DNA of 62,967 nucleotides, counting the filler, from Octopus bimaculoides (taxonomy: Eukaryota), in assembly GCF_001194135.2 (NCBI RefSeq). It is 3 parts of 3 records of this genome, joined end to end, with 100 filler letters (N's around TTAATTAATTAA, not from the genome) between each part and the next. Parts side by side here need not be neighbours in the genome. Positions count along the whole stretch, not along the records: positions 30,116 to 57,965 come from NC_068990.1; positions 58,066 to 62,967 come from NW_026336764.1; 1 more part is not named here. One strand, given 5' to 3'. The notes beneath the pieces are model-generated. The model made no database searches and was not told the origin of the DNA. It saw only the letters and a list, made by a program, of their open reading frames with translations. This document shows, in pieces, positions 51,760 to 62,967 of the stretch (its first letter is position 1; each line of letters opens with the position of its first letter). Both the position numbers and the translations under genes were made by a program.

Positions 51760-52700
51760 GACTCACTGAACTCAATGTAGAACTTTTTAACCACTTGGAG
51801 GAATGCACTGCTGAGCAATGTGTCCCTACCATCTGACTCTCAAGCAAGAAAGATCCCTGTAGAAATGCCAAAGTTCAGGAAGCCTCTGGCAGTTGCAAAA
51901 CAAAGCTACTGCAACATTTAATGTTGTTACGGTCTCGTCCTTAGCCTTAGCTCAGCAGTACACTGCAAACCTAAAAGCATACATCAAAGATCAAATCAAC
52001 AGTATAAAAGAAGTAGATGACAACAGGCAAATCAGCACAGCATGGAAAGCTATAGACAACTTGTTTAGCTGAAAATCTAAGCTAGTATGAAAAATAAAGA
52101 CAAGTAACTCACAAAAATGACTAGCTGACTGGAAATTCCACTTTAAAAAGCTGCTCAACAGCAGTCAACACAACTCCCACAGACAATTTTGTTGTTACAC
52201 TAATTTTGCCACATTTACACAGCCAGCATCTGATAAGCTATGGAATATTTGAAAAGCACCACAACTGTCACATGATCTAATGCTATGCCTGTTTTGTGCT
52301 ACAGTAAAATCTATTTTGCTCTGTGGTCTTGAATACTGGTTTCTCACAGTACCCAACAGTGCTCACAAGACAACACATACATTCAAATTCTGCTCAGCGC
52401 CTTCAACAATTCTTATACTGACCTCATATCAAACAAGTCACTACATGGATCTTTACTGTCCATCAGCCAGATAATCAAACAAAGACAACAATAATTCACA
52501 GGCCACTCATTTTGTCAAACAAGTCACCCTGTCACAGCACTTTTCTTTCTATAACCCCATGGGGATGTTCAAGCCTGGTGGTCAGATCCACATGACATAT
52601 GTCAATGAATTTATGCAGAACTCAGAACTGTGCCCTGTCTCAGAGCTGGCATGCGTAATGTCATCTCGCATAGCCTGGAGAGAAATTTGCCTTCGACTTG
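51760..52700 (+). mobile_element. Internally deleted, degenerate LINE (RTE-like) remnant
   Basis: KAYIKDQINSIKEVDDNRQISTAWKAI...WKFHFKKLLN (EN-RT linker), LFCATVKSILLCGLEYWFLT (cf. LLYGxETWTL), IIKQRQQ*FTGH. Confidence 0.7.
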
Positions 52701-52744
52701 GAGTCAATGTTGACAAGTGATGCAGAATGGGGGGGGGAGGTTGG

Positions 52745-53095
52745 TGGTGAGGATGATGATGATGAGAAGAAGAAGAAGAAGAAGAAGNNNNNNNNNNNNN
52801 NNNNNNNNNNNNNNNNNNNNNNNNNNNNNNNNNNNNNNNNNNNNNNNNNNNNNNNNNNNNNNNNNNNNNNNNNNNNNNNNNNNNNNNNNNNNNNNNNNNN
52901 NNNNNNNNNNNNNNNNNNNNNNNNNNNNNNNNNNNNNNNNNNNNNNNNNNNNNNNNNNNNNNNNNNNNNNNNNNNNNNNNGGAGGAGGAGGAGGAGGAGG
53001 AAGATGGGGGGAAGAAGAAGAAGAAGAAGAAGAAGAAGAAGGAGGAAGATGGGGAAGAAGTAGAAGAAGAAGAAGAAGAAGAAGAAGAAGAAGAA
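52745..53095. repeat. (GAT)n/(GAA)n/(GGA)n array across a gap
   Basis: Directly visible. Confidence 0.9.
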
Positions 53096-53570
53096 ATCAA
53101 CTTTATTTAGCAGCCATGTCCGGGTTATTATGACTGAATAATCAAATGTGATAGTTGTGCCGGTTAAACATTCAATAATGCAAGACTAGTATTAACATTA
53201 AGATGAATATTTAATCTGTACGACTTGTACACCTAATTGTGTGTGTGAGCATGTGCGTTTGTGTGTAGTTAGGATTTATAAATATAGATTGATAGACAGA
53301 TATTCTATATAAAAACCTCATACACACACTTGTAAATGCATAGACATACCCACCCACACACACAGAGGTAAATATTTTATATGCACAAACACACACACGT
53401 ATGTGTATGTCTTTATATACATATATGTATACACATACATATACGCATGCATATACACATGTGTATATATAAATTTATCAATCTCTCTCTATCTCTCTTC
53501 CCTCCCTCTCTCTCTTTACATACATATGTGTGTGTGTGTGTATACATATGCGCGTGTGTGAGTATGTGTG

Positions 53571-53633
<63 letters not shown>

Positions 53634-54160
53634 GTGTGTGTGTGTATATATATATATATACATACATACAAGTGCAATAACCAATGGCAGTGATTCCATA
53701 AGTAAATAAGTTAACCTAAAGTTTGTATAAATTTATCAATCAACAGACAATAAAACCGTATGAGCAGTAAGGGAGAATAAATTGAAAAAGGAGAGGATAA
53801 CTAACTCTACATACATAATTTTTGTTTTATGTTTATTTTGTGTATTGTATATTATACTTTATAGTTTATATTTTCCTTTTCTGCATAACAACTATATATC
53901 ATTGATATAATTGATACTAAGCATTAATAATAGTGCAATATATATGTGTGAGTATGTCTGTGTGTTGTAGCACTGGTACAGAGTGGGAAGGACCATTGAT
54001 CAAATAAGTATTGAATACAAACGTTGGCTAGAGAGGATATATTTATTATCTATCGGCAGACAGCTTTCTTTGTTTCAGCAAATCTAGCAAAAATATCTAG
54101 TCATTCTTGCTAGACATACGGAGATGGACTGAGCAATTGTTTAGACTGATTGCTAACATA

Positions 54161-54250
<90 letters not shown>

Positions 54251-55008
54251 CTACACACACATGCACACACACGCACGCATATACATTTGTATGTATAGCT
54301 ATATACATTTATATTTATGTGTATATATACATACACACACATATACATATATATATATATATATATATAACATAAATAATATATAAATATATGCATATAT
54401 ACATACATATATGTACATACCTACATATATATGTATGTATGTGTATATATATATATATATTTACTTGGAGAATGGAGCAACAAATACAAGAAAAAGCATT
54501 TTCGTTGGACTAGATAGCCGTTGTTTTATTATGTGGAACTTGTGAAATGAGTCAGTGTGGAGGTTTAGGTTATGTAATGAGTCATTTTGTATATTATGTC
54601 TTAGTCACTTACGTACGTTTCGATNNNNNNNNNNNNNNNNNNNNNNNNNNNNNNNNNNNNNNNNNNNNNNNNNNNNNNNNNNNNNNNNNNNNNNNNNNNN
54701 NNNNNNNNNNNNNNNNNNNNNNNNNNNNNNNNNNNNNNNNNNNNNNNNNNNNNNNNNNNNNNNNNNNNNNNNNNNNNNNNNNNNNNNNNNNNNNNNNNNN
54801 NNNNNNNNNNNNNNNNNNNNNNNNNNNNNNNNNNNNNNNNNNNNNNNNNNNNNNNNNNNNNNNNNNNNNNNNNNNNNNNNNNNNNNNNNNNNNNNNNNNN
54901 NNNNNNNNNNNNNNNNNNNNNNNNNNNNNNNNNNNNNNNNNNNNNNNNNNNNNNNNNNNNNNNNNNNNNNNNNNNNNNNNNNNNNNNNNNNNNNNNNNNN
55001 NNNNNNNN

Positions 55009-55048
<40 letters not shown>

Positions 55049-55899
55049 AAGTTAATTATATGGCCAGTCATAGAGTGACCAATGGCTTTTGTGAGTTAGA
55101 ATCCTCCTAGTGGACAACTGGTAAGATTCCAAGAGTTGCAGATGGAAGTGTGGGGCAGAGATTGTGTGGATGTATGTTTGTTTCCATTATAGTGGGCAAT
55201 GCTGGAAGTGATGTTATCTAAACAGGAATAGCTTACTTTAACATTATGGGAAGTGAAAAATTTATAATATCCATGGGTTCTAGGGAAATGCTAGCTACTT
55301 AAGGACAGGAAGCTCTTAGCTATATTAGCAGAAACATCTGGTTTGAATGGAAAATTATAACAGATTATCTTTCTTTTTCTAACTCACTTCAGGTTTGTGG
55401 GGGAAGATGGGAGTCCTTGATATATACAAACTTAACAGAAAACAGTATGGAGACAAATGCTTAAATCTAATGCTTAAATATATTAAAATATCAACACTGT
55501 TGTGCCTCAGAATAACAAGGTAATGTTTAGGATAGCAGATCAAGTTCAATCAGAGTTCAACCTGTCTCTTAGCTTACATATATATCCCATACGGCAATGT
55601 TTCTAATAATAAGTAAATGCAGTTAAGTCAGAATTAAAAGTATGTCACATAGATATAATAACATGCAGAGGAGCAATGATACTCCCTATCATGTTAACCC
55701 TATATTTATCTTGTGATAAACAATTATATCAATTAGGAATATAAATCAGAGCTGCACGTATATTTTATGTCTATGTTATTGAAAGATTCTCTTCATTTAT
55801 TGATAGGAAATTCAGATATAATTTGATCAAAGACTTATTATTCAAATTGTAGACAGACCAAACAGTTTGGCTTTGAGTTGTTTCATAGTATATCACATC

Positions 55900-55960
<61 letters not shown>

Positions 55961-56799
55961 ATCTGTATACATATGTGTGTGTGTGTATATATAAACACAT
56001 ACACCAACATATAATTTAATATATATGAGTGTGTGTTTGTGTGTGTGTGTGCGTGTGTATATATGTATATATATATAGAGAGAGAGAGAAAGAGAAAGAA
56101 AGAGAAGGGGATATATACATATGCACATACAAGCACATGCATATATACAGTGTGCATATGTACACACATATATTAGTGTGTTTGTGTTCGCGCACACACA
56201 CACATACACATGCATGCACTTACACACATATACCATTCAATGTTATATTCTTAAGATAGTAGGGAAATTTTGCATGATATTTGGTTGCTACATCTTGCAA
56301 GTGGAGTTATCCTGTAGATGTTTTCTTATTTGCTTGCTGAATAAGGCATACAATACTGCAAGGGAGAGTTCCACATATGAAATATATATATACGTGATAG
56401 TGTCTCATACATTTAATATAGGATGATGAAAAACTTCAATACATATATATTGAATTGACAGCCATTTAAAGGAAGTGATAGAATACCTCACGGTATTAGC
56501 TCCAGCCTTGTGCACTCAGAGTTCAAATCCCACTATGACCTGTTTAGATGGTAGAGCTAACCCATTACCCAATGGATTAAGACCAGTACCAAACAATCTG
56601 GGTGCAATTTGTTATTGGCTGTCATCATCACCTGACATTCTGGGTGCCACTCTGTTGCAAGCATTTGAGCTAGAACTTCAGTGTGAGGATGTCCTCTTGA
56701 TCATTCTCACATGCTTTGTAAAGGGTTTTGGGCATTGCATTTCCATCTGCATAAAAATGTGTGCGTGTGTGTATTTATTTCAATGTATCTTCACATTAT

Positions 56800-57110
56800 G
56801 GAGGCACGTGGCTTAGTGGTTAGAGTATTGGACTCACGATCATAAGATTGTGGTTTCAATTCCTGGACTAGGCAATGCATTGTGCTCTTGAGCAAAACAC
56901 TTCATTTCACATTGCTCCAGTCCACTAGGCTGCAGAAATGAGTACCACTAGCAGAGGCAATTTGCTTATTGGTTAGGGTGTTGGATTCTGAACTGTAAGA
57001 TTGTGGTTTCAATCCCTGGATCAGGTGATTGATTGTTTTCTTGAGCAAAACACTTCATTTCATGTAGCTTCAGTCCACTCAGCTGTAAAAATGAGTTTAG
57101 CCTGGAGAGA
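56800..57110 (+). mobile_element. Two tandem family-C SINE 5' modules, CpG-decayed
   Basis: GGCACGTGGCTTAGTGGTTAGAG..GGTTTCAATTCC..TTGAGCAAAACACTTCATTTCA occurs twice (~56800 and ~56955). Confidence 0.75.
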
Positions 57111-58065
57111 GATGGGCTCCACCAGGCTTTCTTGCCCTAGATATGCTGCATGACTGTAGTGCCCCAACAACCCCCAAGGGGTTAAGGGATTTGTCAATCT
57201 TCACATTAATACCTTTTGGCCAGCAGGTGCACCTGTCTGCACATCCTAAACAATACATCTCACACATCAGCAGTTCTGATGTTTGAAGCTCTATGGAATA
57301 AAAAGTACTTTGCAAGAAGACAACATGGATTGGCTTTAGAAAGGGCATCCAATTGTAGAATACTGTCTCAAAAAGCCTTGTCTAACCTGCACAAACACGC
57401 AAAAAAAAAAAAAGACATAAATATAAAGTTGATGACAAAAATCATCATTTTAATATTAACTTTTCTATGCTCAAATGGAACAGATGAAATTTGTTGAGTC
57501 AGATTTTTCCATGGCGGGATCCTCTTGCCTTAGCCAACCCCCATCTCCATGCAAGGTAAATATTTCCCTCAGTTTTTCAAGCATGAACTGTACAATGACA
57601 TACACACACACACATGTATATATAATTTTTATGCTAAATCTGAAGCTGAGGGTTTATCACTTGAGTTCCATGCCACTGTGAACTTCGGGTGTCTAACTCA
57701 TTGTATAGTCATTTAAAATTAAGCAATATACAATTAAATGGGCAATATGAGGTTGAACACTCCTAACGAACTAAGAAACCTATAGAATATGGCACGATAT
57801 ACACATGGATACTCTGGAAGAATACATACCCTGTGTCTGAAGATCACATTGGCATAAAACTCAAGTTGTAAGAAATTTTCAGCTTCAGTTTTAATAGAGA
57901 CCATAACCTTTATAACATGGATTAAGCATTTCTTTCTCATTTGTTCAACATGTAGTAATGTACACNNNNNNNNNNNNNNNNNNNNNNNNNNNNNNNNNNN
58001 NNNNNNNNNTTAATTAATTAANNNNNNNNNNNNNNNNNNNNNNNNNNNNNNNNNNNNNNNNNNNN

Positions 58066-58107
<42 letters not shown>

Positions 58108-58493
58108 GCATATACATAGATAGATAGATAGGTGGTTATCAAAACAGAAGGTGCCTACTCGAAACAGATTAATTATACGAAATATAGAAAATGATATGGT
58201 CCGTTACTTATAATACATTGTCACTCAGGGTTTCAGATTAACAGTTGCTGAATTAATGTCGAACGAATGAAAACAAGTTAACCTCTTGCGTGAGCATCAT
58301 GGCACATATATGAAATATCATACGTGTGTGTGTATAGACATGTATGTATGCATGCAGGTATATGTTTCTATCATCATGAAGATGGTTCTGTTTTACGCCT
58401 AATGAAACATAGCCTATCCCCATCGCTTTTACACAAGTTCTCCAAAACATTCCCCCCAGTGATTTTCTTCACATGCATACATACATACATACA

Positions 58494-58524
<31 letters not shown>

Positions 58525-59222
58525 GTGTGTGTAGATAGATGGATCGACATACATANNNNNNNNNNAGATAGATGGATCGACATACATACATACATACATA
58601 CATACATACATACATACATACATACATACGTACGTACGTACGTACGTACATAGACGTGTATATATTTAAATAGGTATGTGTACATATACACACGAACTGT
58701 TATTGATAGTGGATGTAGGTGAGAGCAAGAGAGAGAAAGATAGAGTAATATGGAGAGAGAGGTAGGAGGGAGGGAAGGAGGGAGGNNNNNNNNNNNNNNN
58801 NNNNNNNNNNNNNNNNNNNNNNNNNNNNNNNNNNNNNNNNNNNNNNNNNNNNNNNNNNNNNNNNNNNNNNNNNNNNNNNNNNNNNNNNNNNNNNNNNNNN
58901 NNNNNNNNNNNNNNNNNNNNNNNNNNNNNNNNNNNNNNNNNNNNNNNNNNNNNNNNNNNNNNNNNNNNNNNNNNNNNNNNNNNNNNNNNNNNNNNNNNNN
59001 NNNNNNNNNNNNNNNNNNNNNNNNNNNNNNNNNNNNNNNNNNNNNNNNNNNNNNNNNNNNNNNNNNNNNNNNNNNNNNNNNNNNNNNNNNNNNNNNNNNN
59101 NNNNNNNNNNNNNNNNNNNNNNNNNNNNNNNNNNNNNNNNNNNNNNNNNNNNNNNNNNNNNNNNNNNNNNNNNNNNNNNNNNNNNNNNNNNNNNNNNNNN
59201 NNNNNNNNNNNNNNNNNNNNNN

Positions 59223-59258
<36 letters not shown>

Positions 59259-59268
59259 TACATATCTA

Positions 59269-59299
<31 letters not shown>

Positions 59300-59329
59300 T
59301 TGTATGTGTTTGTGTGTGTAATAAGATAT

Positions 59330-59862
59330 CAGAGAGAGAGGAGGGAATGAGGAAGTGTACGGGGAGAATTAAAGAGAAGGGATGCAAGAGAGACAGAGAC
59401 GGAGGGAGGGAGAGAGAGAGGGGGGATTCAGAGATAGAACGCGGGAGGGAGGGAGGTTGAGTGGGAGAGGGATGGTGGAGTTAGTGCTGATTTATCGATA
59501 CTGATAAACACGTATAAATTTAGTATAACGTTACGTGTCCGTTTTGTTCGTGGTTTTTATCGCTTTTCTGTTATGTGTGCGTGATTATACATTTATCTTC
59601 AAACTCTCTCTCTCACCCTCTCTCTACCTCTCTCTTTCTCGCTCTCTATCTATTTTTCTCTCTAGTTATGTCTCCCTCTTTCTCTCTCACTATATCTCTC
59701 TCTCTCTCTATATATATATATATACATCTCTTAATCTATCTATCTATCTTTATCTCTCTCTATCTTTCTATCTGTCTTTCTATCTATCCTTCTCACTAAA
59801 ATGTCTCTTTCTCTCGCTTACGCATTCTCTCTCCCAATCTATCTATCTATCTATCTATCTAC

Positions 59863-59908
<46 letters not shown>

Positions 59909-61279
59909 CTGCCCTGCTATTATTTCCCCCCTTATGCGTGAAAACGTACAAATACACACACACACACACACACACACGCACAAATGCACACAGACACATA
60001 CATAGGGCACGTCAAGGAACCAATATACATAAGAATAAACACACACACACACAAACATATACATATACGCGCACGCACGCACCCTACAACACGTGTATAT
60101 ACGTAAGTATATTATTTTACGCAAGCAAACNNNNNNNNNNNNNNNNNNNNNNNNNNNNNNNNNNNNNNNNNNNNNNNNNNNNNNNNNNNNNNNNNNNNNN
60201 NNNNNNNNNNNNNNNNNNNNNNNNNNNNNNNNNNNNNNNNNNNNNNNNNNNNNNNNNNNNNNNNNNNNNNNNNNNNNNNNNNNNNNNNNNNNNNNNNNNN
60301 NNNNNNNNNNNNNNNNNNNNNNNNNNNNNNNNNNNNNNNNNNNNNNNNNNNNNNNNNNNNNNNNNNNNNNNNNNNNNNNNNNNNNNNNNNNNNNNNNNNN
60401 NNNNNNNNNNNNNNNNNNNNNNNNNNNNNNNNNNNNNNNNNNNNNNNNNNNNNNNNNNNNNNNNNNNNNNNNNNNNNNNNNNNNNNNNNNNNNNNNNNNN
60501 NNNNNNNNNNNNNNNNNNNNNNNNNNNNNNNNNNNNNNNNNNNNNNNNNNNNNNNNNNNNNNNNNNNNNNNNNNNNNNNNNNNNNNNNNNNNNNNNNNNN
60601 NNNNNNNNNNNNNNNNNNNNNNNNNNNNNNNNNNNNNNNNNNNNNNNNNNNNNNNNNNNNNNNNNNNNNNNNNNNNNNNNNNNNNNNNNNNNNNNNNNNN
60701 NNNNNNNNNNNNNNNNNNNNNNNNNNNNNNNNNNNNNNNNNNNNNNNNNNNNNNNNNNNNNNNNNNNNNNNNNNNNNNNNNNNNNNNNNNNNNNNNNNNN
60801 NNNNNNNNNNNNNNNNNNNNNNNNNNNNNNNNNNNNNNNNNNNNNNNNNNNNNNNNNNNNNNNNNNNNNNNNNNNNNNNNNNNNNNNNNNNNNNNNNNNN
60901 NNNNNNNNNNNNNNNNNNNNNNNNNNNNNNNNNNNNNNNNTATGATATATATGGTATATATACATATATCATATATACATACACATGTATATATGTATGT
61001 ATGTATATGTGTGTATGTATAATGTTTATACATCTGTTTATATCTGGTGCCATTTCTGTGCTGTTGTGCGTCTCAGGCAACCGACCGACCGACCTGCCAG
61101 CCAGCGTATGTGTGTACAGTGGTAAAAAGCAGGACTGACTTGTATGTCTGTATATATTCGACCATTTTCACGGAAGAGATAGTACGGGAGAGAGATAGAA
61201 AGAGAGGAACAGAGAAACAGAGATAGAAAGAGTGAAAGAGAGAGAGAGAGAGCGTGAGTGAGATGAAGAAAGACAGGAG

Positions 61280-61314
<35 letters not shown>

Positions 61315-61622
61315 TGGAGAAAGCGGTTCGCTGTGAAAGAAGAAGAAAAAAAAAGGAATTACTACGGAGTGATTACGTGTGAGGAAAGAGAACTTAGTGG
61401 CATATAGGGAGTATGGGGAGGAGGGAAATAAGAGAGATAATGGAATGAGTGAGAGAGGGAGAGGGAGAGGGTGTGCGTGTATGGATAGACAGGTTGAGAA
61501 ATAGAGAGAGAGAGAGAGAGAGATGGGGGGGGTGAGAAAGCGATCGTGTGAATGGTTAGCAACGATATAGGTAAATATTAAGATGCAGAAACAGATATAT
61601 ATATATATAATTAGAAATTCAG

Positions 61623-61686
<64 letters not shown>

Positions 61687-61815
61687 ATATGTATATATAT
61701 AGTACGTGTGCATGTGCACGAACGCACGCACACACAGACACACATGCATACATACATATATACATGGTATCTTAGAGATTCATAGATATATCTGAATAAT
61801 AATTCTATATGATAC

Positions 61816-61859
<44 letters not shown>

Positions 61860-61904
61860 GTGCGTGACTGTATACATACGTACATATGTACATATGTATG
61901 CACG

Positions 61905-61948
<44 letters not shown>

Positions 61949-62604
61949 GATGTGGAATGGATGTGTACAACAGATACAGAAAAAGAACGGCGGCAAAAAA
62001 TGTATACACACACACACAAATATATANNNNNNNNNNNNNNNNNNNNNNNNNNNNNNNNNNNNNNNNNNNNNNNNNNNNNNNNNNNNNNNNNNNNNNNNNN
62101 NNNNNNNNNNNNNNNNNNNNNNNNNNNNNNNNNNNNNNNNNNNNNNNNNNNNNNNNNNNNNNNNNNNNNNNNNNNNNNNNNNNNNNNNNNNNNNNNNNNN
62201 NNNNNNNNNNNNNNNNNNNNNNNNNNNNNNNNNNNNNNNNNNNNNNNNNNNNNNNNNNNNNNNNNNNNNNNNNNNNNNNNNNNNNNNNNNNNNNNNNNNN
62301 NNNNNNNNNNNNNNNNNNNNNNNNNNNNNNNNNNNNNNNNNNNNNNNNNNNNNNNNNNNNNNNNNNNNNNNNNNNNNNNNNNNNNNNNNNNNNNNNNNNN
62401 NNNNNNNNNNNNNNNNNNNNNNNNNNNNNNNNNNNNNNNNNNNNNNNNNNNNNNNNNNNNNNNNNNNNNNNNNNNNNNNNNNNNNNNNNNNNNNNNNNNN
62501 NNNNNNNNNNNNNNNNNNNNNNNNNNNNNNNNNNNNNNNNNNNNNNNNNNNNNNNNNNNNNNNNNNNNNNNNNNNNNNNNNNNNNNNNNNNNNNNNNNNN
62601 NNNN

Positions 62605-62669
<65 letters not shown>

Positions 62670-62923
62670 GTAGGTATATGTATGTGTATATATATATGTG
62701 TATATATGTCTGTATGTACGTATGTATACACACACACACAGACACACACACATACAACGGAAAATAGAGAGAAAGATTGAAAGTGGAAGGGAAAAGCGAT
62801 TTCCGATAGGTGTGTGTCGATGTTATACATACGTACATGAATACATAAATGCATAGATACGTACGCACACACACACATACATACATACTTATGTATGTTG
62901 GTATGTATGTGCCTGTCTTAGTG

Positions 62924-62967
<44 letters not shown>
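59330..62967. repeat. GA-rich, (TA)n, (CA)n and (CTAT)n microsatellite-dense region with gaps
   Basis: Directly visible. Comparable (TA)n/(CA)n/(TATG)n tracts occur throughout 2.3-30 kb. Confidence 0.9.

Overview
Draft-assembly animal genomic DNA with many N gaps, very rich in microsatellites and tRNA-derived SINEs. By inference from the repeat content it is a cephalopod, probably Octopus. It holds one supportable protein-coding gene: a minus-strand NIM1K-type (AMPK-related) Ser/Thr kinase. The three coding exons are 50782-49081, 41875-41607 and 35618-34878, joined by GT-AG introns in compatible phases, and give 903 aa. The protein has intact catalytic motifs, a C-terminal polybasic + CaaX (CSIL) tail and an N-terminus of about 540 aa built from trinucleotide repeats. 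The rest is SINEs (here called families A-D), a 5'-truncated (AAT)n-tailed element (E), and remnants of RTE-type LINEs, RLE-type (R4/Dong-like) retrotransposons and Tc1/mariner/pogo transposons. Most notable observations: (1) a near-perfect 82-bp inverted repeat 97 nt into intron 1, inside a block of stacked hairpins bounded by 13-bp direct repeats; (2) a CpG-decay domain (~30.5-58 kb) that appears to outline the transcription unit; (3) an inverted SINE pair in intron 2; (4) several retroelements nested in (AAT)n arrays; (5) SINE A copies with swapped 3' tails and multimers; (6) an internal Met that would give a kinase of vertebrate size. No database search was possible. Family names come from recalled motifs, and repeat boundaries are approximate.
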